This document shows positions 28,521 through 37,059 of a stretch of 64,000 nucleotides of DNA, piece after piece; the first letter of the stretch is position 1, and each line of letters begins with the position of its first letter. The notes beneath the pieces were generated by a model. That model saw only the letters and a list, made by a program, of their open reading frames with translations. It had not been told where the DNA came from and made no database searches. Where the stretch lies: positions 3,680,001 to 3,744,000 of the forward strand of contig OY764159.1 in the NCBI GenBank assembly GCA_963668175.1, written 5' to 3'. A program made the translations under genes and the position numbers. Origin of the DNA: Syntrophales bacterium. Its GTDB lineage: Bacteria > Desulfobacterota > Syntrophia > Syntrophales > PHBD01.

Positions 28521-29426
28521 CTACGGTTGAGTGGACGTTTCGATGGGCATCAGGGAATCCAATGACCATTCCTGCATGGAGCCGTCGTAGACTTTGACGT
28601 TCTTATAACCCAGGACGTCCGCCATGACGAAGGCCCAAGACGTCGCCACGCGGCCTGAATCGCAGATGACGATAATTTCCTTGTTGAGATCGGAGCCCGT
28701 CACCTTTTCCGCTACAGGTGCAAGTTCGGATTTACCTCTGAAGAGACCCTCCGGCGTAAAGATCATGCTCGCCGGGAGATTGAGTGAACCTTTGATTCTG
28801 CCCGCCTTGGCAACGAAAGGAAGCTTCTCCTTGCCGGAATAGAAAGCCGGGGCACGGGCATCGATCAGCGTCAACTTGCCCACGCTGTTTGCAACGTAGG
28901 CTTTATCCACGAAGAGATTCCTCGACATAGATGAACTGTAAGACTTTGCTTTTGGCTTCACCGCGTCCTGTGAAATGGTTTTGCCTTCCTTCTGCCACTT
29001 GTCTTCACCGCCGTTCAGTATGGACACATTCTCCACTCCGGCCGACTTCAACGTCCAGGCAACCCGGGTCATATCGAACTGATCGACAACTTTCTCCATC
29101 TTCCCGACAACGACAACCCAGGATGATTTCTCGATTCCGGCGTTACCGATCAGGTCCATGAGATCGTCCCACGGCGGCAGTTCGTTCAGCAAATCGCCCC
29201 GCTTCACGGCCCATGCCCCGTAGAAGACGTTCACCGCCCCCGGGATATGGCCAGCCTTATAGTCCTCCACTTTTCTGATATCCACGACGATAACCTTCGG
29301 ATTCGTCAAGTTTTTCTGAAGCCAGTCGGTAGATACGACGGCGTCGGTTTCCCTGGCGAGCGCCGTCATAGGAAGACCCATCAGGAAAAGCGCGATGAAC
29401 ACCATCAACCATCTTGTTTTTCTCAT
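28521..29426 (-). CDS. Exported tandem-domain rhodanese/sulfurtransferase
   Basis: Signal peptide ending ALA; GHIPGA, LNGG, IDAR, active loop CDSGRVA, YDGSMQEW; GGAGGTG RBS. Confidence 0.92.
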   Translation of the reverse strand: MRKTRWLMVFIALFLMGLPMTALARETDAVVSTDWLQKNLTNPKVIVVDIRKVEDYKAGHIPGAVNVFYGAWAVKRGDLLNELPPWDDLMDLIGNAGIEKSSWVVVVGKMEKVVDQFDMTRVAWTLKSAGVENVSILNGGEDKWQKEGKTISQDAVKPKAKSYSSSMSRNLFVDKAYVANSVGKLTLIDARAPAFYSGKEKLPFVAKAGRIKGSLNLPASMIFTPEGLFRGKSELAPVAEKVTGSDLNKEIIVICDSGRVATSWAFVMADVLGYKNVKVYDGSMQEWSLDSLMPIETSTQP

Positions 29427-29519
29427 TCTACACCTCCAAATTTTCATTATTGTCTGTCGATATTTATTTGATACCCTATCCGTAAGGTCTGACATTATCT
29501 GTTGTTTCTAAATCTTTTC

Positions 29520-29711
29520 TTATTCCGCCTTATCCCGGCATGTCGAAAAGCCAAAAGGCAGGTACGCCGGGCACCAGCGGATGATGCCGGTTACGATCGG
29601 GACAAGTCCCAATGCCCCCCACCAGCTTTGATAGATGACGCCTAAAACAACGATGCCAATTCCGACAATGAACCGCATCATTCTGTCCGCTCCGCCGACG
29701 TTGCATCGCAT
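29520..29711 (-). CDS. DUF2892 (YgaP-like) small membrane protein
   Basis: NVGGADR..R...WCPAYLPFGFSTC. Confidence 0.88.
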   Translation of the reverse strand: MRCNVGGADRMMRFIVGIGIVVLGVIYQSWWGALGLVPIVTGIIRWCPAYLPFGFSTCRDKAE

Positions 29712-30032
29712 AGTCTTCTGTCCTCCTTCCATGAACGCTGTTCAGCAGACGACCTCACCTTTCTTTTTGCCCGCTTTCAATCTTTCATCACTGTCTTCGT
29801 ATGTTCAATATAACGATGAGCGGCCGCGCCGTCTATGTGACCGGCTTCCCGGATTGCCTGGCAACTTTTCCCCCGTCGAATCGGCGGCAATGTCCGGTCG
29901 CTGACAGGCGATGAACAATCGGCGCCCCGGATCGCCTTTGAATATCTCCATCTCGAAACGGCCTCCTTTTATAACCAAACGAAACGACAGACCATTTTGT
30001 CATCTCAAGACAAGCCGGCTGTCCGTACCTTG

Positions 30033-30296
30033 CTAGCTCATCCCGATATACCGCGTAAGGGCCCTCTGGAAATCTTCGAGGGTGTTGCCTGGTTCCTCCG
30101 ATGTCTCATCGATACACTGCATAAGATAGTTCTGGATGATGGCGTTTCCCGTGTTTTTGAGGGCCGAGGTCGCCGCAGCCAGTTGGATGAGGATGTCGAC
30201 ACAGGGCTCCTCCCGTTCGACCATGCGCTGGAGGCCCTGGATTTGCCCTTCGATGCGCCGCAGGCGGTTATAGATCTTCTTCCGATGTTCTTTCAT
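30033..30296 (-). CDS. CsoR/RcnR/CstR family repressor
   Basis: NRLRRIEGQIQGLQRMV, PCVDILIQLAA, YLMQC. Confidence 0.92.
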   Translation of the reverse strand: MKEHRKKIYNRLRRIEGQIQGLQRMVEREEPCVDILIQLAAATSALKNTGNAIIQNYLMQCIDETSEEPGNTLEDFQRALTRYIGMS

Positions 30297-30298
30297 GC

Positions 30299-30332
30299 AT
30301 ACCCCCTGGGTATAAATACCCCCTGGGGGTAT
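30299..30332. promoter_or_regulatory. Tandem CsoR-family operators overlapping the repressor RBS
   Basis: ATACCC-CCT-GGGTAT (30299-30313) and ATACCCCC-T-GGGGGTAT (30316-30332). Confidence 0.8.
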
Positions 30333-30384
30333 ATATAACCACTTTTTCGAGGATGTCAAATCATTTTGTGAGGATTCTGGATGA

Positions 30385-31131
30385 TTATTCGGAATAGTCT
30401 CGGATCAGTTTCGAACCGTAAATGAAGAAAACTGCTGCATAGACGACCAGCAGGACGAGGGCTACGACGCCTTCCGTATCGAGGGAGGCTTTTCTGATGA
30501 GAAGGTTGGTGTGCGTCAGGGGCAGGATATAAATGACCGCCTTGATCAGCCGCGGCATCCCGTCGATCGGAAAGAACGTCCCGCTGAAGAAGGCCATGGG
30601 CATGATCAGAAAATTGGAATAAGTTGCCGTGTCTTCATGGGACTTGGTCCGCATTCCGACGACCACGCCCAGGTTGGCGAAGAGAAAACAATTCAGGACC
30701 AGCGCCAGAATGAATAACCAGGTGATCTGGAATTGGGCAGAGGATATGTAACCGACTACGACGATTAAGAATGAAGCAAAGAGCCCTTTGGCCATGCCGG
30801 CCAGGACCTCGCCCATCATGATGGCGGAAGGGCGTATGGGGGCCTGGATGAAAATCTGGAAGGTTTTGAAATAGAGCCTGTTGAGATTGAGGGTACTGGA
30901 AACCCACGTATAGGAGTTGTTCATGGAACTCATTGCCACCAATCCCGGGATGAGGAAACTGAGATAGTCGGTTCCCGCGATGCGGACGCTCTTGCCCAAA
31001 CCGAAGCCGAAAGCGATCAAATAGAGGATCGGCACCGCCATAGCGGAGAAAAGGTACCCGAGACGGAAGAATTTCCTTCGGAAGCGGAGCATCTCTTTGA
31101 GAAAAACGGGATACCATCCGGAGTCGATCAT
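30385..31131 (-). CDS. ABC-2 type exporter permease (NodJ-like)
   Basis: YLSFLIPGL, PMAFFSGTFFP, LPLTH; multiple TM helices. Confidence 0.9.
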   Translation of the reverse strand: MIDSGWYPVFLKEMLRFRRKFFRLGYLFSAMAVPILYLIAFGFGLGKSVRIAGTDYLSFLIPGLVAMSSMNNSYTWVSSTLNLNRLYFKTFQIFIQAPIRPSAIMMGEVLAGMAKGLFASFLIVVVGYISSAQFQITWLFILALVLNCFLFANLGVVVGMRTKSHEDTATYSNFLIMPMAFFSGTFFPIDGMPRLIKAVIYILPLTHTNLLIRKASLDTEGVVALVLLVVYAAVFFIYGSKLIRDYSE

Positions 31132-32024
31132 TGGATGCGTTCTCCCGTCAGTTTGATGAAGACATCTTCCAGATTGGTCTTCCTCACAGTCACGCTTCCA
31201 TTTATCGTCCCCGCCACATCATGGGCTTCATGCTTGCTGTGGACGGTCTTCTGGATGAGCCTGCCCTCCGGATCGATATGCTCCACGACATACTCGCCGA
31301 CACAGCTCTTCAGGTTGCCGGGCGTATCGACGGCGATCAGCCTTCCCTTCCTGAGTATCCCCACCCGGTCGCAAAGGGCCTCCGCCTCTTCGATGTAATG
31401 GGTGGTGATGACGACCGTTCTTCCTTCAATCCTGGTCTTCCTGATAATGTCCCACATTTGCCGCCTGATCTGGGGATCGAGGCCGATGGACGGCTCGTCG
31501 AGGAATAGGACCTTGGGCTCGGGCAGAAGCGCCCGGGCCAGGAGCAGCCGTCGCTGCATCCCTCCGGAAAAGCCCGCGACAAGGGTATCCCTCCTGTCCC
31601 AGAGATCGACCATGCGGAGATTGCGTTCGATCTTTGCGGCACGGTCCGCCACGCGGTGGAGCATCGCGTAGATGACCAGGTTTTCCGCAGCGGTCAGTTC
31701 CCGGTCCAGATTGTTCTCCTGGGGGACAACGCCGATCCGCTTCTTGACGGACAGCGGGTCGCGGACAACGTCGATGCCGTCGATGATGCACGTGCCGGCA
31801 TCGGGCCGGCTCAATGTCGTCAGCATCTTGATGGTCGTTGTCTTCCCCGCCCCGTTGGGCCCCAGCAAACCGAAGACCTCCCCCGGATCGACGGCAAGCG
31901 TGATGCCTTCCACCGCCCGGATCGACCCGTAGTTCTTGGTCAGGCCGTCCACAGCAATCATGAAACCGCTGTCTTTCCCTCTGGGCATGTCGCCTCTGTC
32001 ACACACCGGAATCGTTGTGTCCAT
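31128..32024 (-). CDS. ABC exporter ATP-binding protein (NodI/DrrA-like)
   Basis: GPNGAGKTT, FSGGMQRR, LFLDEP, TTHYIEEAE. Confidence 0.93.
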   Translation of the reverse strand: MDTTIPVCDRGDMPRGKDSGFMIAVDGLTKNYGSIRAVEGITLAVDPGEVFGLLGPNGAGKTTTIKMLTTLSRPDAGTCIIDGIDVVRDPLSVKKRIGVVPQENNLDRELTAAENLVIYAMLHRVADRAAKIERNLRMVDLWDRRDTLVAGFSGGMQRRLLLARALLPEPKVLFLDEPSIGLDPQIRRQMWDIIRKTRIEGRTVVITTHYIEEAEALCDRVGILRKGRLIAVDTPGNLKSCVGEYVVEHIDPEGRLIQKTVHSKHEAHDVAGTINGSVTVRKTNLEDVFIKLTGERIQ

Positions 32025-32242
32025 ACAAGGCCTTCCTCGTTTCTTTTACAACTATAACATGCGGGAACATCCTTCGCATAACAATATCGTGCGAAGAATA
32101 CGGCCAGGCAACTGTTGTATCCATCCCTTGCCAACCGGCACTTTTATCTCGCTCGCAACGATACAATAGGCCGTTTCCATTTTCCCGGTTGTATCCTGCC
32201 CGCCGTTCATGCTAAAAGCCATGGAACAAAGGATTGTCAACA

Positions 32243-33433
32243 ATGAAGATTCTCTATTACGACTGTTTTTCAGGGATAAGCGGGGACATGCACCTGGGGG
32301 CCATGCTCGATCTTGGCGTCGAACCCGAATACCTGCTTTCGGGCCTTAAGAAACTGGACATGGACGGCTACGAGATCGCGATTAACCGGGATATGCGCCG
32401 GGGAATCACCGGGACGAGGGCGGACGTGGTGCTCCATTCCCATGAGATACGCCAGGCAGGAGGCGGCGTTCACGGCCGGTCCTACCGGGACATCGTGGCG
32501 ATGCTCGAAAAAAGCGGCTTGCCGGAAGGGGCGAAGAAGGTCGCGCTCGCCATTTTTGCGAAGCTGGCGGAGGCGGAGGCGAAAGTCCACAGTCATGCCA
32601 TAGACGATGTCCATTTCCATGAAGTAGGGGCCGTCGATTCCATCGTGGACATCGTCGGGGCCGCCCTTTGCCTCGCCCACCTGAAACCGGACCGTATCCT
32701 CTGCTCACCCGTCCAGATAGGGGGCGGGATCGTGAAGTGCGAGCACGGGACCTTCCCCGTACCCGCCCCGGCAACAGCGGAGATACTACGCGGCATCCCC
32801 GTCCGGATGGGCCTGGTGCCCTTCGAGACGACAACGCCAACCGGGGCGGCGATATTGGCCGCCTGCGTGGAGTCATTCACGGACCGGATCGGCTTCACGC
32901 CGGAGAAGATAGGTTACGGAATCGGCCGTCGGGACACGGAGGTCCCGAATGTTCTCCGGGTCTACCTGGGAGAGATGGAGGCGGAGATTGCGGAAGATCT
33001 GGAGATTTTCGACGCCATGCTCGTCGAGTGCAATATCGACGATATGAACCCGGAGCTGTACGACGGTGTCATGGCGGCTCTGTTCTCCCGCGGAGCCCTT
33101 GACGTCTTCCTAACGCCGATCGTTATGAAGAAGTCGCGGCCGGCGGTGACGATCAGCGTCATCTGTCCCGGCGAAAAACGCCGGGCCATTGAAGAGACGC
33201 TCTTCCTGCAGACGACGACCTTCGGCGTCAGAACGCACCGGATCGAAAAAACGATGCTGTGCAGGGAGTTCGCGAAGGTGGCGACCAGGTTCGGGGAGAT
33301 CACCATGAAAAGCGCCTGTTACCGGGGAAGGAAGATCAAGTCGAAGCCCGAATACGAAGACTGCAAAAGGCTGGCTGAGGAGAACGGCGTATCTCTCGCG
33401 GAGATTTACGCCGCCATCCCGTACGTAAGTTGA
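32243..33433 (+). CDS. larC: Nickel-pincer cofactor nickel insertase
   Basis: YYDCFSGISGDM, VHFHEVGAVDSIVDI, PAPAT, TPTGAA, ECNIDD, MKKSRP, KPEYED. Confidence 0.93.
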   Translation: MKILYYDCFSGISGDMHLGAMLDLGVEPEYLLSGLKKLDMDGYEIAINRDMRRGITGTRADVVLHSHEIRQAGGGVHGRSYRDIVAMLEKSGLPEGAKKVALAIFAKLAEAEAKVHSHAIDDVHFHEVGAVDSIVDIVGAALCLAHLKPDRILCSPVQIGGGIVKCEHGTFPVPAPATAEILRGIPVRMGLVPFETTTPTGAAILAACVESFTDRIGFTPEKIGYGIGRRDTEVPNVLRVYLGEMEAEIAEDLEIFDAMLVECNIDDMNPELYDGVMAALFSRGALDVFLTPIVMKKSRPAVTISVICPGEKRRAIEETLFLQTTTFGVRTHRIEKTMLCREFAKVATRFGEITMKSACYRGRKIKSKPEYEDCKRLAEENGVSLAEIYAAIPYVS

Positions 33434-33436
33434 GGT

Positions 33437-34294
33437 TTGGCCCAGGAGAAGAAACATAAGATGATTATGGCGGATGCCGAACGCAAATTGGAACAACTGA
33501 AAGAAAACGTGAGCCGGTTGGAGAGTGTCGCCGTGGCGTTTTCCGGCGGCGTGGACAGCACGTTCCTGCTCAAGGTAGCACGGGATGTCCTGGGAGAGAA
33601 GGTGGTCGCGGTCACGGCGCAATCCTCGACCTACCCGGGCAGAGAGTTGAGGGAGGCCGTTTCCTTCGCAGAAGCGATCGGCGTGAAACACGTAGTCATC
33701 GAGTCCGAGGAACTGGACATCGACGGATTCTCCGCCAACCCCGTCAACCGCTGCTATCTCTGCAAAAAAGAGCTGTTCTCCAAAATCATCGCCGTCGCCC
33801 GCGAACACGGTCTCAGGCACGTCGTCGAAGGCTCCAATGCGGACGACCTCAACGACTACCGGCCCGGACTCATGGCCATCCGTGAGCTTGGTATCCTAAG
33901 TCCTCTGAAGGAAGCCTCTTGGGGAAAAGACGAAGTGCGGATGTTTTCCCGGGAGTTAGGCCTGCCGACGTGGGACAAACCGGCCTATGCGTGCCTTTCC
34001 TCGCGTATTCCCTACGGGCAGGAGATCACGAAAAAGAAGCTCAGGGCCATCGAAGAGGGGGAGCAGTTCCTGCTCGACCTGGGTTTCAGACAGGTGCGGG
34101 TACGCCATCACGGCGACATCGCGCGGATCGAGGTGGCCGCCTCGGAACGCGTCCGTTTCGCCGATGCCGACCTCATGGATAAGATCGATGCCGCCTTCAA
34201 GGCCTGGGGATTCGCCTATGTCGCCCTCGATCTGAAGGGCTACCGGACCGGCAGCATGAACGAGGTCATCGATACGGGCATGAAGCGCGGGTAA
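33437..34294 (+). CDS. larE: Nickel-pincer cofactor sulfur transferase
   Basis: PP-loop AFSGGVDS, NRCYLCK, DYRPG, ACLSSRIPYG, GYRTGSMN; start may be 33461. Confidence 0.93.
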   Translation: MAQEKKHKMIMADAERKLEQLKENVSRLESVAVAFSGGVDSTFLLKVARDVLGEKVVAVTAQSSTYPGRELREAVSFAEAIGVKHVVIESEELDIDGFSANPVNRCYLCKKELFSKIIAVAREHGLRHVVEGSNADDLNDYRPGLMAIRELGILSPLKEASWGKDEVRMFSRELGLPTWDKPAYACLSSRIPYGQEITKKKLRAIEEGEQFLLDLGFRQVRVRHHGDIARIEVAASERVRFADADLMDKIDAAFKAWGFAYVALDLKGYRTGSMNEVIDTGMKRG

Positions 34295-34309
34295 GGAAAA
34301 GAGAAAGGT

Positions 34310-35050
34310 ATGGAACTGAAGCAGATACTTGAGGACATTAAGAGCGGCCGCCTGAGCATTGAGGAGGGTATCGCCCGGATCAAGGGCGTCCATTACCTGG
34401 ACGTGGGGTGCGCCAAAATCGACACCCACCGGGAGGAACGGGTCGGTTACCCGGAGGTGATCTTCTGTCCGGGTAAGACGACAGAGCAGGTGAAGACGAT
34501 CGTCCGGGCCATGATGGAGAGGAAATCGAACATCCTGGCGACACGGGCTAGCGAAGAACTCTTTGTACAAATTAAGAACGTCTGCTCCAGCGCCGTCTAC
34601 CATCTGCAGGCCCGGATCATAACCATAAGGCAGAAAGAAATCGATCCGCCCCCAAGCTACATCGCCGTCGTCACGGCCGGGACCTCGGACGTCCCGGTAG
34701 CGGAAGAGGCGGCCGTAACGGCCGAATTTTTCGGCAACCGGGTGGAACGTGTCCTCGATGTCGGCGTCGCCGGCATCCATCGTCTTTTCTTCAACATGGA
34801 TGTCATCACCGGGGCCCGGGTCGTCGTCGTGGCGGCGGGCATGGAAGGAGCACTGCCCAGCATCATCGGCGGTCTGGTGGACAAGCCCGTGATCGCGGTG
34901 CCCACCAGCATCGGCTACGGCGCCAGCTTCAACGGCCTGGCCGCCCTTTTGGGCATGCTCAACAGCTGCGCCAGCGGCGTCTCAGTCGTCAATATCGACA
35001 ACGGCTTCGGAGCCGGCTATATGGCCAGCATGATCAACAGATTAACCTGA
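34310..35050 (+). CDS. larB: Nickel-pincer cofactor carboxylase/hydrolase
   Basis: TAGTSDVPVAEEA, DVGVAGIHR, AGMEGALPS, VPTSIGYGA, LNSCASGVSVVNIDNGFGA. Confidence 0.95.
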   Translation: MELKQILEDIKSGRLSIEEGIARIKGVHYLDVGCAKIDTHREERVGYPEVIFCPGKTTEQVKTIVRAMMERKSNILATRASEELFVQIKNVCSSAVYHLQARIITIRQKEIDPPPSYIAVVTAGTSDVPVAEEAAVTAEFFGNRVERVLDVGVAGIHRLFFNMDVITGARVVVVAAGMEGALPSIIGGLVDKPVIAVPTSIGYGASFNGLAALLGMLNSCASGVSVVNIDNGFGAGYMASMINRLT

Positions 35051-35081
35051 CGGCGTCTCCCGCCCTATTCCCAAATACTTC

Positions 35082-35357
35082 CTACGCCCCTCCCTCGCCG
35101 TGTTCATGACGGTGGGGCGCTTTATCGTGGCCGGGATGATCGTGGGAATGCTTGCCGTGTTCCCCGCGGTGCTCGTGGTCGTGCTTGCCTGCGGCGCCCT
35201 TATGTTCGTGCTCATGGGTGTGTTCGTGCTCATGGTCGTGCGTATGCTGGTGCTTGTGGGCATGGCTGTGTTTCTTGTCCCCATGGGAGTGGGAATGTTT
35301 GTGATCGTGGACATGGGCATGGGAATGTTCGTGTTCGTGCTCGTGTTTTCCTTTCAT
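35082..35357 (-). CDS. Very His-rich small protein (34 His in 91 aa), putative Ni/Co binding
   Basis: (HX)n runs; AAGGAGG RBS. Confidence 0.8.
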   Translation of the reverse strand: MKGKHEHEHEHSHAHVHDHKHSHSHGDKKHSHAHKHQHTHDHEHEHTHEHEHKGAAGKHDHEHRGEHGKHSHDHPGHDKAPHRHEHGEGGA

Positions 35358-35384
35358 GACCCCTCCTTGCAGATTCGATGGTGA

Positions 35385-36929
35385 TTATTTCCAGGGCTTC
35401 AAAGCCGCGGCATTTTGGGCGGCGAGCCTGCCGAATACGATCGGCTGCCCTAGGGCCGTACCGCCGTTCGGGTAGTAGAAACCTATCGCCATATGGGCGT
35501 TGGTGCCGGCCGCGAAGAGCCCTTCAATCACCTCGCCGGACGTGCTTAAAACCTGCGATTTTTCGTTGATCTTCAATCCGCCCGCCGTATCGTACAGTCC
35601 CGGATAGACTTCTGCTGCGTAAAAAGGAGGTCCGGCAATCCTGCCTGCGCCGTTTGTGCCCGGAATCTCGCCGCGGCGGAAGAGGGGATCCTTCCCGGTT
35701 GCGGCATGGGCGTTGTACGTTTCGACAGTCTTCGCCAATGCCGTGCCGTCCAGTCCAACCTGACCGGCAAGCGCTTCGAGGGTATCGGCTTTCTTGATCC
35801 AGCCGCGGCCGATCTCTTCCGAATTGTCCTTGCTCCAACCGGGATCTATAGCCACCGGTCCACTCAGCCGGACTTTCTCGTCGAAGATCACCCAGGCGGG
35901 AACATTGGCGTAAGCGTCCGCCACGGTATCATACGGATAGAAGCTCGTGGAAACGGTATCGTAGTCGGCGGATTCGTTACAGAAGCGCTGCCCCTTGCGA
36001 TTCACCATGATGCAGGAAGGGGCTGTCAGGATCGCGTACCTGGCCCCCCGGTTCGTGCCGGGCATCCGGAAGACGGAGACGCCTATCGATTCGCACATCC
36101 CCTCCACGGCCGCGCCGGCACCCATGCCCATGAGAATACCGTCGCCGTCCAGCCCGGGCACCTGACCGTAAATGGGATAAACCTTGAGGAACGATTTCTT
36201 GAGGGCTTCGTTGGAAGTGAAACCGCCGGCACAGAGGATGACGCCGCGCTTCGCTTTATAGGTGTCGTCCTTCTTTTCGCCGATCACGCCAACGACGCGG
36301 CCCGTGCGGCTGACGGCCAGTTTTCTCGCCCGGACCCCGGTTACGATCTCGACATTCTTGGCCTTTGCCGTCCGGATCATGAGCGAGATAAGGCCGGCGC
36401 CCTTCCCTTCACTGCTGATGTTTCTGCCCTTACCCGCCCCGGGATAGCCGGGATGGTAGTCGAAACGGTCCGGCTGGGTGGCCTTGAGGCCCACCCTGTT
36501 CATCAGCCAGGCCGCCGTGTCCTTCGTGTTTTCCGCAAACACCCGGATCAGCTTTTCGTCGCCCTGGTCCTTGGCGCAGTTGGTGAGGTACCGGATCACC
36601 TGGTCCACGGAATCCGGATGGTTCTGCAGGGGATTGAGGGGAAGCCAGACTGTGCCGCTCGATACCGGAGAAGCCCCCGAGGCCCCCGCTCCTTTTTCCA
36701 GGATCATGACCTTCGCGCCCAGGTCGGCGGCCTCTATCGCCGCAGCCAAGCCGGCCACACCCAGTCCGACGATGACGATGTCCGCTTCCCGTTTCCACTT
36801 CGCCGGCGGCTCTGCGGCCCCCGCATCACTCTGTCCGATCCGACTTAAAGTCAGGGCACCGAGACCGACGGCGGCACCTTTCAGAAATCCCCGGCGGCTG
36901 ATCCGTTTCTTTTCATATCGTCCGTTCAT
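35385..36929 (-). CDS. Tat-exported FAD-dependent oxidoreductase (flavocytochrome c / FAD_binding_2 family)
   Basis: SRRGFLK Tat motif; GLGVAG, GQRFCNE, TAGGLKIN, GLFAAG. Confidence 0.88.
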   Translation of the reverse strand: MNGRYEKKRISRRGFLKGAAVGLGALTLSRIGQSDAGAAEPPAKWKREADIVIVGLGVAGLAAAIEAADLGAKVMILEKGAGASGASPVSSGTVWLPLNPLQNHPDSVDQVIRYLTNCAKDQGDEKLIRVFAENTKDTAAWLMNRVGLKATQPDRFDYHPGYPGAGKGRNISSEGKGAGLISLMIRTAKAKNVEIVTGVRARKLAVSRTGRVVGVIGEKKDDTYKAKRGVILCAGGFTSNEALKKSFLKVYPIYGQVPGLDGDGILMGMGAGAAVEGMCESIGVSVFRMPGTNRGARYAILTAPSCIMVNRKGQRFCNESADYDTVSTSFYPYDTVADAYANVPAWVIFDEKVRLSGPVAIDPGWSKDNSEEIGRGWIKKADTLEALAGQVGLDGTALAKTVETYNAHAATGKDPLFRRGEIPGTNGAGRIAGPPFYAAEVYPGLYDTAGGLKINEKSQVLSTSGEVIEGLFAAGTNAHMAIGFYYPNGGTALGQPIVFGRLAAQNAAALKPWK

Positions 36930-37059
36930 TTTGCCTCCTTCCCGCGCATGGCGTCTCTTTCATTCAAGTTAAGGCAGAAGACGGTTGCTGTCAACGAAAT
37001 GTTGACCGTAAGATCCGGCGGAGGCCGTTCGGGACAAACCGTTGTCAGCCCCGTATGCG

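Noticed and set aside
29740..29965. Minus-strand AGGAGG plus 48-aa ORF, and a GHIDGA rhodanese-like word in another frame
   Set aside because: No further similarity; cannot distinguish from chance or a remnant
35042..35384. Repetitive alternative-frame ORFs and apparent short repeats
   Set aside because: By-products of the HX codon repeats of the His-rich gene; not a CRISPR array
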